A stretch of DNA of 64,000 nucleotides from Amphiscolops sp. MND2022 (taxonomy: Eukaryota). The stretch covers positions 62,868,001 to 62,932,000 of the forward strand of contig OZ076416.1 in assembly GCA_964187785.1 (NCBI GenBank). The letters are read 5' to 3'. Under the pieces are notes generated by a model. That model did not search any database and was not told the origin of the DNA. It saw only the letters and a list, made by a program, of their open reading frames with translations. Every line of letters begins with the position of its first letter. The stretch's first letter is position 1. The position numbers and the translations under genes are program-made. Of this stretch, positions 48,716 to 58,838 are shown piece by piece.

Positions 48716-49167
48716 AATCAGCTATATGTAACTTTCTCAATTTTTGTCCCAGAAAAATTTATAAAACACTTATATAAATTAGATGAAAATCTAAAACTTT
48801 TATTTCTGATGTTTTTCAGAATTCGCAACATGTTTTGAGAAAATCGAGCCTAAAATCGTCCCGGGACGTTTTCTTATTCCCAGTACTGTATTTCGGCCAC
48901 TTTCTCTCGTGAATAAAAAACGACGTACAACCAACCTTGATGATGATGGCGCCGAATTAATATTGCTAACCTCGACTCGACTCGACTCTTGGGTTGAACT
49001 CAACTGTTTTTTCGACCGTGTTGACATGTGTTTGCTGATTTTCAGATGGAAATGTGGAATAACGGCTGTGAGTAACCACTACTACACTACTGCTAGTACG
49101 CCGTGTGAGGTAACTTGTGCGTTGTCCAGACCCTTTTTGCTAGAGCAACCATAAAGGGCTAACATAA

Positions 49168-49473
49168 GTGAACGGGGGGAATATTATGAACAAAAAATGG
49201 CATACATCAATCTTGACTGTATATATTCTATTCCCGCTATTTGTAGATGTAATACGAGTAGCCAAATTGCAAAACGCAGTCTGCTCGAACGCCGCTGTTG
49301 AGAGATCATTTTCGAAACTCATCAAAATTCTTCTAAAAGACCGTAATTTTGGTGCAAATAATGGTGATGAAAACATTTGTGCTTTTTCAACACTAATTAT
49401 CAATTTTGTGGCTGCTTTTCATCAAAAGTATGATTTTTTAAGAGAACAAAAATGGAAATATTTTGAAAAATAA
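49168..49473 (+). pseudogene. Second hAT-like C-terminal fragment (opposite orientation)
   Basis: CSNAAVERSFSKLIKILLKDRNF...ENI matches the motif at 47685-47800. Confidence 0.65.
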
Positions 49474-50530
49474 AGCCATATTTCTTGGGAATATTTTTTA
49501 CCAAAGTAAAGGAATATTTGTGGTTGCTCTACTTAAGACTCTTAAGACAATGGGTGCTGGTGTTTTGTGACTGATCGCAGCTTCCTTGCACACCCACGCT
49601 CCCCTCTTGTTCTCTTCAACAAGCTACAAAGATGGCGGCGTCATCTTCCTCCTCCAAAGCAGAAGAACACTCCAAAATTCTCAGACGCGTGAGTTTCTCA
49701 GTCCTAATCACCGTTTCTTTCGCTCTGTGCAGGCACGGAAAACAGAAAAGGCGTGGTTACAACAACAAGACCAACGTTTCGAGTCGGCGCCTCAAAAAGT
49801 TGTTTTCGGCACTCTGAGACTTCGGCCGAACATTCTGAGCCGACTCTTTGAAAAATTTTACCACGGGTCCTGTCCCCCGATTTGTTTTCCCCGTTTCAAT
49901 TTCGAAAAAGATGTTTTTCGAGCTTGAAGGGTCCCCAGAGCAATTTTTCGGCAATGTTCTTCGGTGGCTGTTTTCGGGAAATGTTTTTCGAAAAAAGTTT
50001 TATCAAATTGTTTTCATTCGGTGTTTCCAAAGAAAGGTTTCTGAGGTCACATGGCAGCTCTTTGAATTTTTTGGATCTCTGAAATTCATGACATTTTGTA
50101 GATGGGTTGCCACTCTGGGTGTATTTATAAACTTGGAAGTGTTCTTTTGTGACAGTATACAAAAATATTGCGTTGTCACTGGCCTTGTGTTCATTTATTT
50201 CCATTGGTTCGTTCAACTCGTCCTATTTGATTGGGCGAAACTCAATTTTGTAGTTGAAATGATTTCATTTCTTCAGCCACTCAATTCTAATCAAAATGGT
50301 CATCAACTGGCGTCTGAATGATCGCTAAACCCACAGTTTTGACATCGCTTATGTTTCACTGCATCGCTGATTTCAAAATCGTTTTTTAAAAAAATTTTTG
50401 CTCAAAACTAAAACTTTCTCAGAAATTTTTTCCCTTTTAGCGTGATTGGACACTGCCGAGTTTTTGTATTTTGTGTCATATTTTCAATACACTTGCGATA
50501 ATAAGGGGGAAAATGCGGTCGCACAGATCA

Positions 50531-50580
50531 GGCGGTCATGGTCTAGTGGTAAGATGCTTGCTTTTCAACCCAGGGGTTTT
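50531..50580 (+). pseudogene. Truncated tRNA-Glu-like repeat
   Basis: GGTCTAGTGGTAAGATGCTTGCTTTTCAACCCAG is identical to the segment at 36737-36770; the B box is lost. Confidence 0.7.
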
Positions 50581-51699
50581 GTGTTTTTTACAAGCCGTGC
50601 TGCTTGCAGGCAGTCTATATTAGCCGCGGCTTCTAGTGAATGATATCGAATGCGTTTTATGAGTTTTTCACTTGAGTATGCGGTCCATTTTCTGAATTAG
50701 TCTTTTGATCTGAAAAGCAGCTTTGATGACAACAAGCAATTCGTATTTCGGGACCCGAATTGTCGTTTTTGTGCTGTTTTTTTTTTAAATTGATCAATTA
50801 GTATATCAACCCTTTGTACTCCGTATGATTCGCAACATTCGTTCAAAATTAGGATTCGAACATTCGTCGAACGTTGGGTAAAAAATTGAAAAGATAAGTA
50901 ATGAAACATTTATTAGCATAAAATGTTCCAGTTTTCATGCAAAAATATTTGCAAATTGACATGTTGTGATGGAAGAAAAGAAATACACACCTAAGCAGAG
51001 ATATAGACAGTGAAATTGCTAGGCAGGTGTTATTATTTCAAAAACAATATGTAAAACTGCTGCTGCTTTATGAGTTTTAATCAATCAGAGAGCTCCATTT
51101 CATACAAGTTATCTATATTTTATTCAACCGCTAGGGGCGCTATCAATTCCTTCGCACGAATGTCAGCGGAAATCATTTGCACCACTACTGTTCATGGTCG
51201 ATTTTTTAACCAACTTGACTCCATTTTGTACACACTGTCTAAACGTTTTGTAGGTCGTGTCCATCATTTTGTTCCTCAATTCGAATGTCACATTTTGCTT
51301 TGTTTCTCGCAAACATTGGCGCTGTTCGTCCAAATTATTGAGATTATTTTTCAATTCCGTGTTTAGGGATCTGCCAGAGGTTGTCAATTTCGGTGCACAC
51401 ATTTTTGTACATTAGCTAGATATGTTAGTGGAATCCAAAACAGGCAACAGCGGAATCCAATGAAAATCAGTGAAATACATGTTTAAAAGTATGTCAGTGG
51501 ATTTCGGTGACTTAATAGCACAAAAGTGTGTTAACCCACTTTTGGCACAGTAATGATAGGTCTGGGGAATTTGGCGGTGACTGCAGAAACTGTACTCCAT
51601 AGTAATTCAAAAAATATTTGTCGAAACTGCCGCATCTTGTTCCGGGATCCCAAGTTGCGGATAGAGCCTATTTGCACATGGAATGAAGTTAGGGAATGC

Positions 51700-51885
51700 T
51701 AGGAAGCCCCCTTTTAGGGCTTGTGTCCTTTCTCGCTGGGCTCTTTCTTCGGTGCTGTCTCTCGTGTCTAGCTAGTTTGGAGCTGGTGATCCAGGTTCCA
51801 GAGAAGGTACACTGTTTCCTGTCTTCTCTCTCTTCCAGTGATCTTTGTATGTTTCTCTTTCGTCACCATTCTCATACATAGCTAC
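51700..51885 (-). pseudogene. Downstream part of the LINE RT interrupted by BEL-2
   Basis: Joins 60519-60910 across the GCTAC TSD; the reading continues ...FNIYHNVAM. Confidence 0.6.
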
Positions 51886-52214
51886 TGTTGAAGTACAACT
51901 AAATCAAGCAGATGAAATCAAAAAGTGAAAATCTCTAAACATTCAAATCTCAAGCTATTCATGCTAATTAACACTCACATGCAAATTTGTATACGTCATT
52001 GTTAACTTAATTTGTTCATACTTTGTTCTCATTTCCCACAGTTTCTGTCATTTTTAGTAAAAATCAGTCGAGTTAAAACTTTAACTTGCTCTCCCACTTT
52101 TCATTCAACAAATTAGATTGATTCTAATTTAAAACATTCACCAAATTAGATTGATTCTAATTTACAACTCGCAACAAATTAGATTGATTCTAATTTACAA
52201 CTCACGGAACAACA
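51886..52214 (+). repeat. BEL-2 5' LTR
   Basis: TGTTGAAGTAC...GGAACAACA; matches 60190-60518 with no difference found. Confidence 0.97.
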
Positions 52215-52217
52215 TTT

Positions 52218-52237
52218 TGGTACCGTATCGACCCGGG
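52218..52237 (+). promoter_or_regulatory. Putative primer-binding site
   Basis: TGGTACCGTATCGACCCGGG starts 3 nt after the LTR; the cognate tRNA is uncertain (partly like the recalled tRNA-His complement TGGTGCCGTG). Confidence 0.6.
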
Positions 52238-52260
52238 AAAAACCAGAATTGTTTCTCAGA

Positions 52261-52908
52261 ATGTCTGCAAAGTACGCCGACAAAACACTTGACCAATTGA
52301 AGCGGTCAAGATCTGCAATGCTTGGTGTGATCACCAAAATCAGCAACGAAGCACAAGCTCTTTTGAAAAAGGAGAAAGGTAATCTGCTGGACGAAGACAT
52401 TGACTTGCTGAATTACTGGAAGAAAAAGCTTGAAACCAAGGTTGAAGAAATTGCTCATCTAAATGCTGCTCTTGTCGAAGTTACACCAGACAATGATGCC
52501 GACATGGAAAGGGAGCTTGAAGATGCAGAAAATGCTGAACGAAAAAGTGGTACCCTTCTTGAAGCAGTCAGTCGCATTCTGGAACAATTTGAAGAAACTG
52601 ATGTATCACTGGCACCAATTCAAGAACCAACAAATGCCACATCCAATAGTCACAGCAGCCATATCAAGATGCCCAAATTTGACCTGCCGAAATTCAATGG
52701 TGAATACAAGAAGTGGGTTCCGTTCTATGAACAGTTTATGGCCTCAGTTGATAATAACCCCAGTATTCCAGCAATTCAAAAATTCAATTATCTGAAAGCC
52801 TCACTTACCGACGAAGCTCTTCAATTAGTTGCTCACTTGCCATTGTCAAGCTCGAATTATCCAATTGCTTTGAAGTCGCTTGTTGACCGCTATAACATCC
52901 TAGATTGA
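52261..52908 (+). CDS. BEL gag N-terminal part (coiled coil plus DUF1759-like region), ending at a 1-nt frameshift
   Basis: MSAKYADK...IKMPKFDLPKFNGEYKKWVPFYEQFMASVDNN...QKFNYLKASL...ALKSLVDRY; ATG at 52261. Confidence 0.88.
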   Translation: MSAKYADKTLDQLKRSRSAMLGVITKISNEAQALLKKEKGNLLDEDIDLLNYWKKKLETKVEEIAHLNAALVEVTPDNDADMERELEDAENAERKSGTLLEAVSRILEQFEETDVSLAPIQEPTNATSNSHSSHIKMPKFDLPKFNGEYKKWVPFYEQFMASVDNNPSIPAIQKFNYLKASLTDEALQLVAHLPLSSSNYPIALKSLVDRYNILD

Positions 52909-55900
52909 TTCTCAACAGTCATTTAGATGTTATCTTCGATTTGAAGTCAATGAAGGGCGATTCGGCATCTGAGTTACGCAAATTGTTCGTCACTTTTGAA
53001 GAAAATTTGATGGCGATCAAGGCTCTAGAACTCGGAGACAATTTAGAAGACTTCATTTGGGTACGAATGATTGCAGAAAGGTTGGATCAAGCTTCGAGAG
53101 CTCTTTGGGAAAACGACTACCCTGGTACCAAACCACAAACCCTGACGCAGTTACGAGAGTTTATTGGCAGAAGAGCTCAAGCTCTTGAATCAGCCACGAA
53201 ATCAACTACCAAGGCTTCAGAATGTCCACATCTTAAAGGTAATTCTCAAAAGAAATCTCAACCTACTCAAAACTACAAGGCTAGTGTTGAAAAGTGTCCT
53301 TGTTGTTCAGAAAGTCATAGAATTTATTCTTGCAAGAAATTCACTAACATGAGTCCTAAGGACCGCAAAAATCTCGTTTGGACGTCGAAATTATGCTTTA
53401 ATTGTCTGAACTCCGGTCACAGCACTAAGGAATGCAAGTCAAAGCACACTTGCAAAACATGCCATTCAAAACACAACACGTTGTTACACTTACCTGATGC
53501 ACCAAAAGGAGCTGTTTCTGGCTCACTTACCACAAACCAGGCGACTGCTAGAATTGCCTCTGGCATCGTTCCTACCGCAATGGTTCCCGTTGAAGATGAT
53601 TCTTCAAAAATCACCATGTGTCGAGCCATGATCGACACCGGATCACAGATCAGTTTGATCTCAGAGTCCGCTGTGCAGCGGATGAATTTGAAACGTCATA
53701 AACAGACACTTACCATTAATGGAATTGGAAATGTTTCCAAAACTTACCGTTCCGGCAGTGTTAGCCTGCGATTGAAACCAAGTTCTGGTCATAGTGTCAT
53801 CACAGTTAATGCATATGTCTTACCCAGCCTTACCCAAGTTCTACCTGAACGCGAATTCAGCATCGCCAAATGTTTCCATTTGAGGTCAGTGGATTTAGCA
53901 GACCCTGAATTCAATAAACCCAGAAAAGTGGAAATGATCTTGGGCTCTGATGTTGCAGAGCAAATTTTCCTTGACGGAAAATTTCAAGAAGACAATGGTC
54001 TTCACTTCAGAAACACCATATTTGGCTGGACTGCATCTGGTGTTACAAGAGACCATCAATGGAATGTCGTCACCACCTCACTCTGCATCACCAACTCCTT
54101 CAACCTGAAACAATTTTGGGAGCTTGAAGTCCCTGAGGCAAAAAGGTACAGTGATGAAGAAATTGCTTGTGAGAAGCATTTCAAGGAAACTACCTACATC
54201 GAAGATAACAGATTTCATGTTGGTATGCCTTTCAAACCTGACAGCTCTCCATTGGGAGATACTTTCACTCAAGCGAAGCGTCGTTTTCTAAATCTTGAAA
54301 AACGTCTAGATTCAAATCCTAATCTTAAAAAAGGATACACAGAATTCATTCACGAATTCATCGATCTCAATCATCTGGAACCTGTACCTGACAATGAAAT
54401 TGCAAAACCTGATCATCAATTGAACTTCTTGCCGCATCATTGTGTTCACAAGGAGGATTCAACTACCACGAAGTTGCGTGTGGTATTCGACGGATCTGCC
54501 AAATCCAGTAATGGCAATTCATTCAATGGTTCTCTCATGGTAGGGCCAACAGTACAGCAAGATTTGTTTTCAATTCTTATTCGTTTTCGGTTGCATAAAG
54601 TTGCTCTATCGGGAGATATCGCAAAAATGTACCGACAAATTGCATTAGATCCAGCTGCAAAAGATTTTCACAGACTTTTATGGAGAGATTCAAACACAGA
54701 CTTCATCAAGCAGTTTCGAATGACTCGTGTTACCTACGGAATTGCTTCCTCGGCATTTCATTCAACTCGAAGTGTGGTAGAAGTCGCCAATCTGTGTAAA
54801 GACCAAGTTCTCGCTCAATCAATAAAAAACGATTTCTATGTTGATGACTATTTATCTGGTGCCGAATCAACTGAAGATGCAAAAACGAAAGTAGATGAAA
54901 TTTGCGCAGTTCTGAACAATTATGGATTTGAGCTACGGAAATGGGCTTCTAGTCATCATGAAATCACCTTGTCTTTGCCAGAAAATCTACGAGAAAGCAC
55001 CAACCAAGAAAAATTCATGGATAACAATTACAAAATAAAAACGCTGGGTGTGTCATGGAAACCCAACTCAGATCACTTCGGTTTCTACTCAAATTTGACA
55101 ATTCAAGGGAATGTGACTAAACGACAGTTACTCTCAGAGACAGCGAAGTTGTTCGACCCAGTTGGGTGGCTTTCTCCCATTGTCATCAGATTTAAGGTTT
55201 TACTTCAAAAACTCTGGGTACAAGGTATTGAATGGGACCAACTTGTATCTAAAGAAATTCAGAATGAATGGGAACAAATAAAAGATGACTTGCCCAATTT
55301 GGCAGAACTCAAGCTACAGCGATGTATCTCTCCTCAAGGGAAAATCGCGAATGTTCAACTTCATTTGTTTACAGATGCCTCTGAAATGGCATATGCCGCT
55401 GTCATCTACGCACGGATAACAGATATTGACGGGCATATTGTCTCGAAACTCGTCGCAAGCAAGACACGGGTTGCACCCATCAAAACAGTCTCTTTGCCTC
55501 GATTGGAACTTTGTGCTGCCCATCTTGGAATCAAGCTACTTGTCAAAATCAAGGAAATCTTTGCACTCACAAATCTACCAAGCCCAACTATCTATGGATG
55601 GACTGATTCCACGATAGTTCTCCAATGGCTTTCGCAGCTACCACGAACATGGACCTGTTTCGTCGCCAATAGAGTGTCCGAAATTCAGCAAACTCTTCCT
55701 CGAGAAAATTGGTATCACGTCAAGTCCAATTTGAACCCGGCAGACTGTGCATCAAGAGGGATGATGGTCCAAGACTTACTCAAGCATGACCTCTGGTGGT
55801 TCGGTCCTAATTGGCTATTGCATCCAGAGGATACTTGGCCTCAATTATCTTCAAAAATCGATGATGAAATGCGAAAAATTGTTCAAACAGAACAAAAGCA

Positions 55901-57467
55901 TAAATTCAACACTACTACAGTCACTGCCTCTCAAGTCACGGAACCTCTATTTGACATTAAACGATACAGCACTCTCAGCAAAGTCTTTCGTGTAGCAGCA
56001 AACGTGCATTTAGCTATTGACTTACTTCAAAGGGTCAATAACCATCTGAGTCTTACTCCCTCAAGACTCGCAAAAGCGAAGTATCTCATCATTTCACTTC
56101 ACCAACAAGAGTTCTTCACAGAAGATTTCTTTCGTTTGAAAGCTGGGCAGGAAGTAAGCAGAAAAAGCAAGCTTCTCAACTTATGTCCTTTCTATGATGG
56201 AGATACTGGCACAATCCGCGTTGGTGGTAGATTATCACAAAGTTCACTCGCCGAGTATCAAAAATTTCCTCATCTCATCCACCCTGATTCTCATCTGGCA
56301 GTACTGATTTTACGGCATTTTCATGAAGCTACCCTTCATGGCGGGGGGCAGCTAACGCTCAACTCCAGCAGATCAGAATACTGGATAGTTCGAGGTAAAA
56401 CTCTTGCTAACAAATTTATCCGGAAATGTGTCAAATGCAGTCGATTCTCTAGTGAAATTCCAGCTCAACTTATGGCTGACTTACCTTCCGAAAGAGTTAC
56501 GCCTACCAAACCTTTCGTTAATGTTGGTATTGATTTGGCAGGACCTATTATCATCAAGCCAGACAACAAGACATGGATTGCAGTTTTCGTTTGCTTTTCC
56601 ACAAAGGCTGTTCACATCGAATTAGTCACTGATTTGACAAAAGATTCTTGCATCGCAGCTTTGAAACGATTCGTTGCAAGGCGTGGACTACCAGAAAAGA
56701 TTTTCAGTGACAATGGTACCAATTTCATTGGAGCCAGAAATGATATTGCGAAAGTTCAAAGTCTTTTCAGTAAAGACACAAATGAAAATTCAATCAAAAA
56801 TTACATCAATAGTCGTGGAATTGAATGGATTACTATTCCACCTAGAGCTCCACACTTCGGTGGACTCTGGGAAGCAGCTATTAAGTCAATGAAACGACAC
56901 TTGAGGCGTTGTGTGGGTACGCAAATCTTGACTCATGATGAATTGAACACTTTCGTTATTCAAATTGAAGGAATTCTAAATTCTAGACCTCTCACTCCAA
57001 TGTCTGCTGACCCCAATGATTTACAGCCGCTCACTCCAGCTCACTTCATACTGGGACGAGGGATGAACGATTTACTTTCGCTGACTGCAAGTGAAAGTGA
57101 TGAAAACTTACATCTCAATGTCAGATTGAAGCTTCTGGAAAAATTGAAATCTTCATTTTGGAAGTCTTGGCATCGAGATTACTTGGCTACGCTACAAATA
57201 CGAAAACGATGGCTCACAAGCGGTCCAGAATTCGCAAAAGGTGATTTAGTTTTGATTGCTGAGGACAATCAACCTCCTTTGCACTGGAAAATGGCTCGAG
57301 TAATAGATCTTTATTCTGGTAATGATGAGATAAATCGTGTTGCAAAGGTCAGAACAACCAGTGGAACCCTAATGAGGGCAATAGTCAAGCTCAGAAAGCT
57401 TCCCATAGATCCTCCACAAGCTATATCAGGTCCTGACTTGGGCGGAAATGCAACAGCTCTAACTTAG
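52905..57467 (+). CDS. BEL gag C-terminus plus pol polyprotein (zinc knuckles, protease, RT, RNase H, integrase), 1520 aa open
   Basis: CPCCSESH and CFNCLNSGH...CKTCHSKH knuckles; MIDTGSQ protease; FLPHHCV, KLRVVFDGS, GDIAKMYRQ, FYVDDYLSG RT; LFTDASEMAYAA RNase H; HEATLHGG..CVKC, GIDLAGP, FSDNGTNF, GGLWEAAIKSMK integrase. Confidence 0.97.
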   Translation: MILNSHLDVIFDLKSMKGDSASELRKLFVTFEENLMAIKALELGDNLEDFIWVRMIAERLDQASRALWENDYPGTKPQTLTQLREFIGRRAQALESATKSTTKASECPHLKGNSQKKSQPTQNYKASVEKCPCCSESHRIYSCKKFTNMSPKDRKNLVWTSKLCFNCLNSGHSTKECKSKHTCKTCHSKHNTLLHLPDAPKGAVSGSLTTNQATARIASGIVPTAMVPVEDDSSKITMCRAMIDTGSQISLISESAVQRMNLKRHKQTLTINGIGNVSKTYRSGSVSLRLKPSSGHSVITVNAYVLPSLTQVLPEREFSIAKCFHLRSVDLADPEFNKPRKVEMILGSDVAEQIFLDGKFQEDNGLHFRNTIFGWTASGVTRDHQWNVVTTSLCITNSFNLKQFWELEVPEAKRYSDEEIACEKHFKETTYIEDNRFHVGMPFKPDSSPLGDTFTQAKRRFLNLEKRLDSNPNLKKGYTEFIHEFIDLNHLEPVPDNEIAKPDHQLNFLPHHCVHKEDSTTTKLRVVFDGSAKSSNGNSFNGSLMVGPTVQQDLFSILIRFRLHKVALSGDIAKMYRQIALDPAAKDFHRLLWRDSNTDFIKQFRMTRVTYGIASSAFHSTRSVVEVANLCKDQVLAQSIKNDFYVDDYLSGAESTEDAKTKVDEICAVLNNYGFELRKWASSHHEITLSLPENLRESTNQEKFMDNNYKIKTLGVSWKPNSDHFGFYSNLTIQGNVTKRQLLSETAKLFDPVGWLSPIVIRFKVLLQKLWVQGIEWDQLVSKEIQNEWEQIKDDLPNLAELKLQRCISPQGKIANVQLHLFTDASEMAYAAVIYARITDIDGHIVSKLVASKTRVAPIKTVSLPRLELCAAHLGIKLLVKIKEIFALTNLPSPTIYGWTDSTIVLQWLSQLPRTWTCFVANRVSEIQQTLPRENWYHVKSNLNPADCASRGMMVQDLLKHDLWWFGPNWLLHPEDTWPQLSSKIDDEMRKIVQTEQKHKFNTTTVTASQVTEPLFDIKRYSTLSKVFRVAANVHLAIDLLQRVNNHLSLTPSRLAKAKYLIISLHQQEFFTEDFFRLKAGQEVSRKSKLLNLCPFYDGDTGTIRVGGRLSQSSLAEYQKFPHLIHPDSHLAVLILRHFHEATLHGGGQLTLNSSRSEYWIVRGKTLANKFIRKCVKCSRFSSEIPAQLMADLPSERVTPTKPFVNVGIDLAGPIIIKPDNKTWIAVFVCFSTKAVHIELVTDLTKDSCIAALKRFVARRGLPEKIFSDNGTNFIGARNDIAKVQSLFSKDTNENSIKNYINSRGIEWITIPPRAPHFGGLWEAAIKSMKRHLRRCVGTQILTHDELNTFVIQIEGILNSRPLTPMSADPNDLQPLTPAHFILGRGMNDLLSLTASESDENLHLNVRLKLLEKLKSSFWKSWHRDYLATLQIRKRWLTSGPEFAKGDLVLIAEDNQPPLHWKMARVIDLYSGNDEINRVAKVRTTSGTLMRAIVKLRKLPIDPPQAISGPDLGGNATALT

Positions 57468-57499
57468 AAAAATCCAAGTACATCAGCGCAAAATTGAGG

Positions 57500-58260
57500 C
57501 TGTCATTCAGATGTTTTTTCGGCCCCGAATTTTGTTGGTACAACTTACGGATATTTGAACCTCTCTAAATGATGCCCTAGCATCCCTGTGAAAGGGTCTA
57601 GGAAGCCGAATTTTCAATTTCGACTTATATCTGACGTTATGGCCGTTTGACTTCAGTTTCGTCCCAACACTTTTACTCCAGAATTTGACAATTGTTCATT
57701 TTATTTCGTTTCAGCTGTTTACGTTTAGTCTTTTCTGGCCCTTCCTTATTCCTATTGTTACCAGCTGCTTTATGGGTTGAAATCAACAGCCACCTACCCA
57801 TTAGACTCAAGAAATTCAATTTTAACCAGACAAATTTCGCACTTTCAGCGAAATACAGCATAACTTACCGGATGTTTTTTCGGCCCCGAATGAAGACTAT
57901 TCACTTCCAGATGCTGGTACTACGCTCAAAAGCTTCCTGGAAGCCTCCTGCAGAATGTCTAGGAAGCGGAATTTTGAATTTCTGACTATAACTAAAGTTA
58001 TTGCAATTTTATGTGTATTGCACCTCTTTTGGACTATGGAGTACCGGATGTTTTTTCGGCCCCGAATGAAGACTATTCACTTCCAGACGCTGATACTACG
58101 CTCAAAAGCTTCCTGAAAGCCTCCTGCAGAAAGTCTAGGAAGCCGAATTTTGAATTTTTGATTATAATTAAAGTAATCTCCATTTTACCTGTACTACACC
58201 TGTTTTGGGACTCTGAAATAGTCAATGTTTTTTCGGCCCCGAATGACATTGAAAAAATTT
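57500..58260 (+). repeat. Decayed ~177-bp tandem units in the BEL-2 3' region
   Basis: ATGTTTTTTCGGCCCCGAAT at 57511, 57872, 58048 and 58225; TCTAGGAAGC(C/G)GAATTTT at ~57597, 57958 and 58134. Confidence 0.88.
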
Positions 58261-58838
58261 CCAGCCGTATAGGTGGTCGTAATCGACGCCCACGATTGTT
58301 GGCTACAACTTCCTCGAGCGGGATTTTTCAATTTCGAATTATATTACAAGAAAATCTCATATACAGTTATCAAATTACCATTTGGAATCAGTCAACAGAA
58401 AAATAAACTCGAAGAACAGAATAACTTCAACTCACCTTGATTTATGGGATTTTGCTGCTTCAAGGGCTTCGGCGGGGCTTCGGCAGATCAAGCTCAGAAG
58501 TACCGACCAATGGAATTTATTTATCATCAAATGGAATATTGAATATTCTACTTATCAAACCTACCGAAATGTGGATGTTCGCTTTTATATTTATCAGAAG
58601 CAGACAATCTCTATTGGTCATTCATCAATCTCGAAATTATAATTATTTCAATTCTTTCACTCATCATATTCTAGCAAACGTGGCTTGCGGTTCAAATGGT
58701 TTATTATCAATTCATCATTACGAAATTTCATCTTACTCCTTGAAAAAATTCATGCATGCGCTCGTGACTCATTCAAATAATAATAGATCAATTGACTCAT
58801 TCATTCATTTATTTTGTTCAGATGGAAGCAACAAATTT

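Noticed and set aside
49580-50330. Cluster of overlapping 60-157-aa ORFs
   Set aside because: No identifiable motif; the ORFs overlap on both strands, consistent with chance or a decayed repeat.
52108-52205. CRISPR-like array of palindromic repeats (also at ~60412-60509)
   Set aside because: Only three units, near-identical ~10-bp spacers, no cas genes, a eukaryotic context, and it lies within an LTR.
52880-52920. Programmed gag/pol ribosomal frameshift
   Set aside because: The shift falls mid-gag, before the zinc knuckles, with no slippery heptamer, and BEL elements normally have one ORF; a 1-nt deletion explains it better.
53164-56892. Short alternative-frame and antisense ORFs within BEL-2 pol
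   Set aside because: Shadow ORFs of the long pol frame with no motifs.
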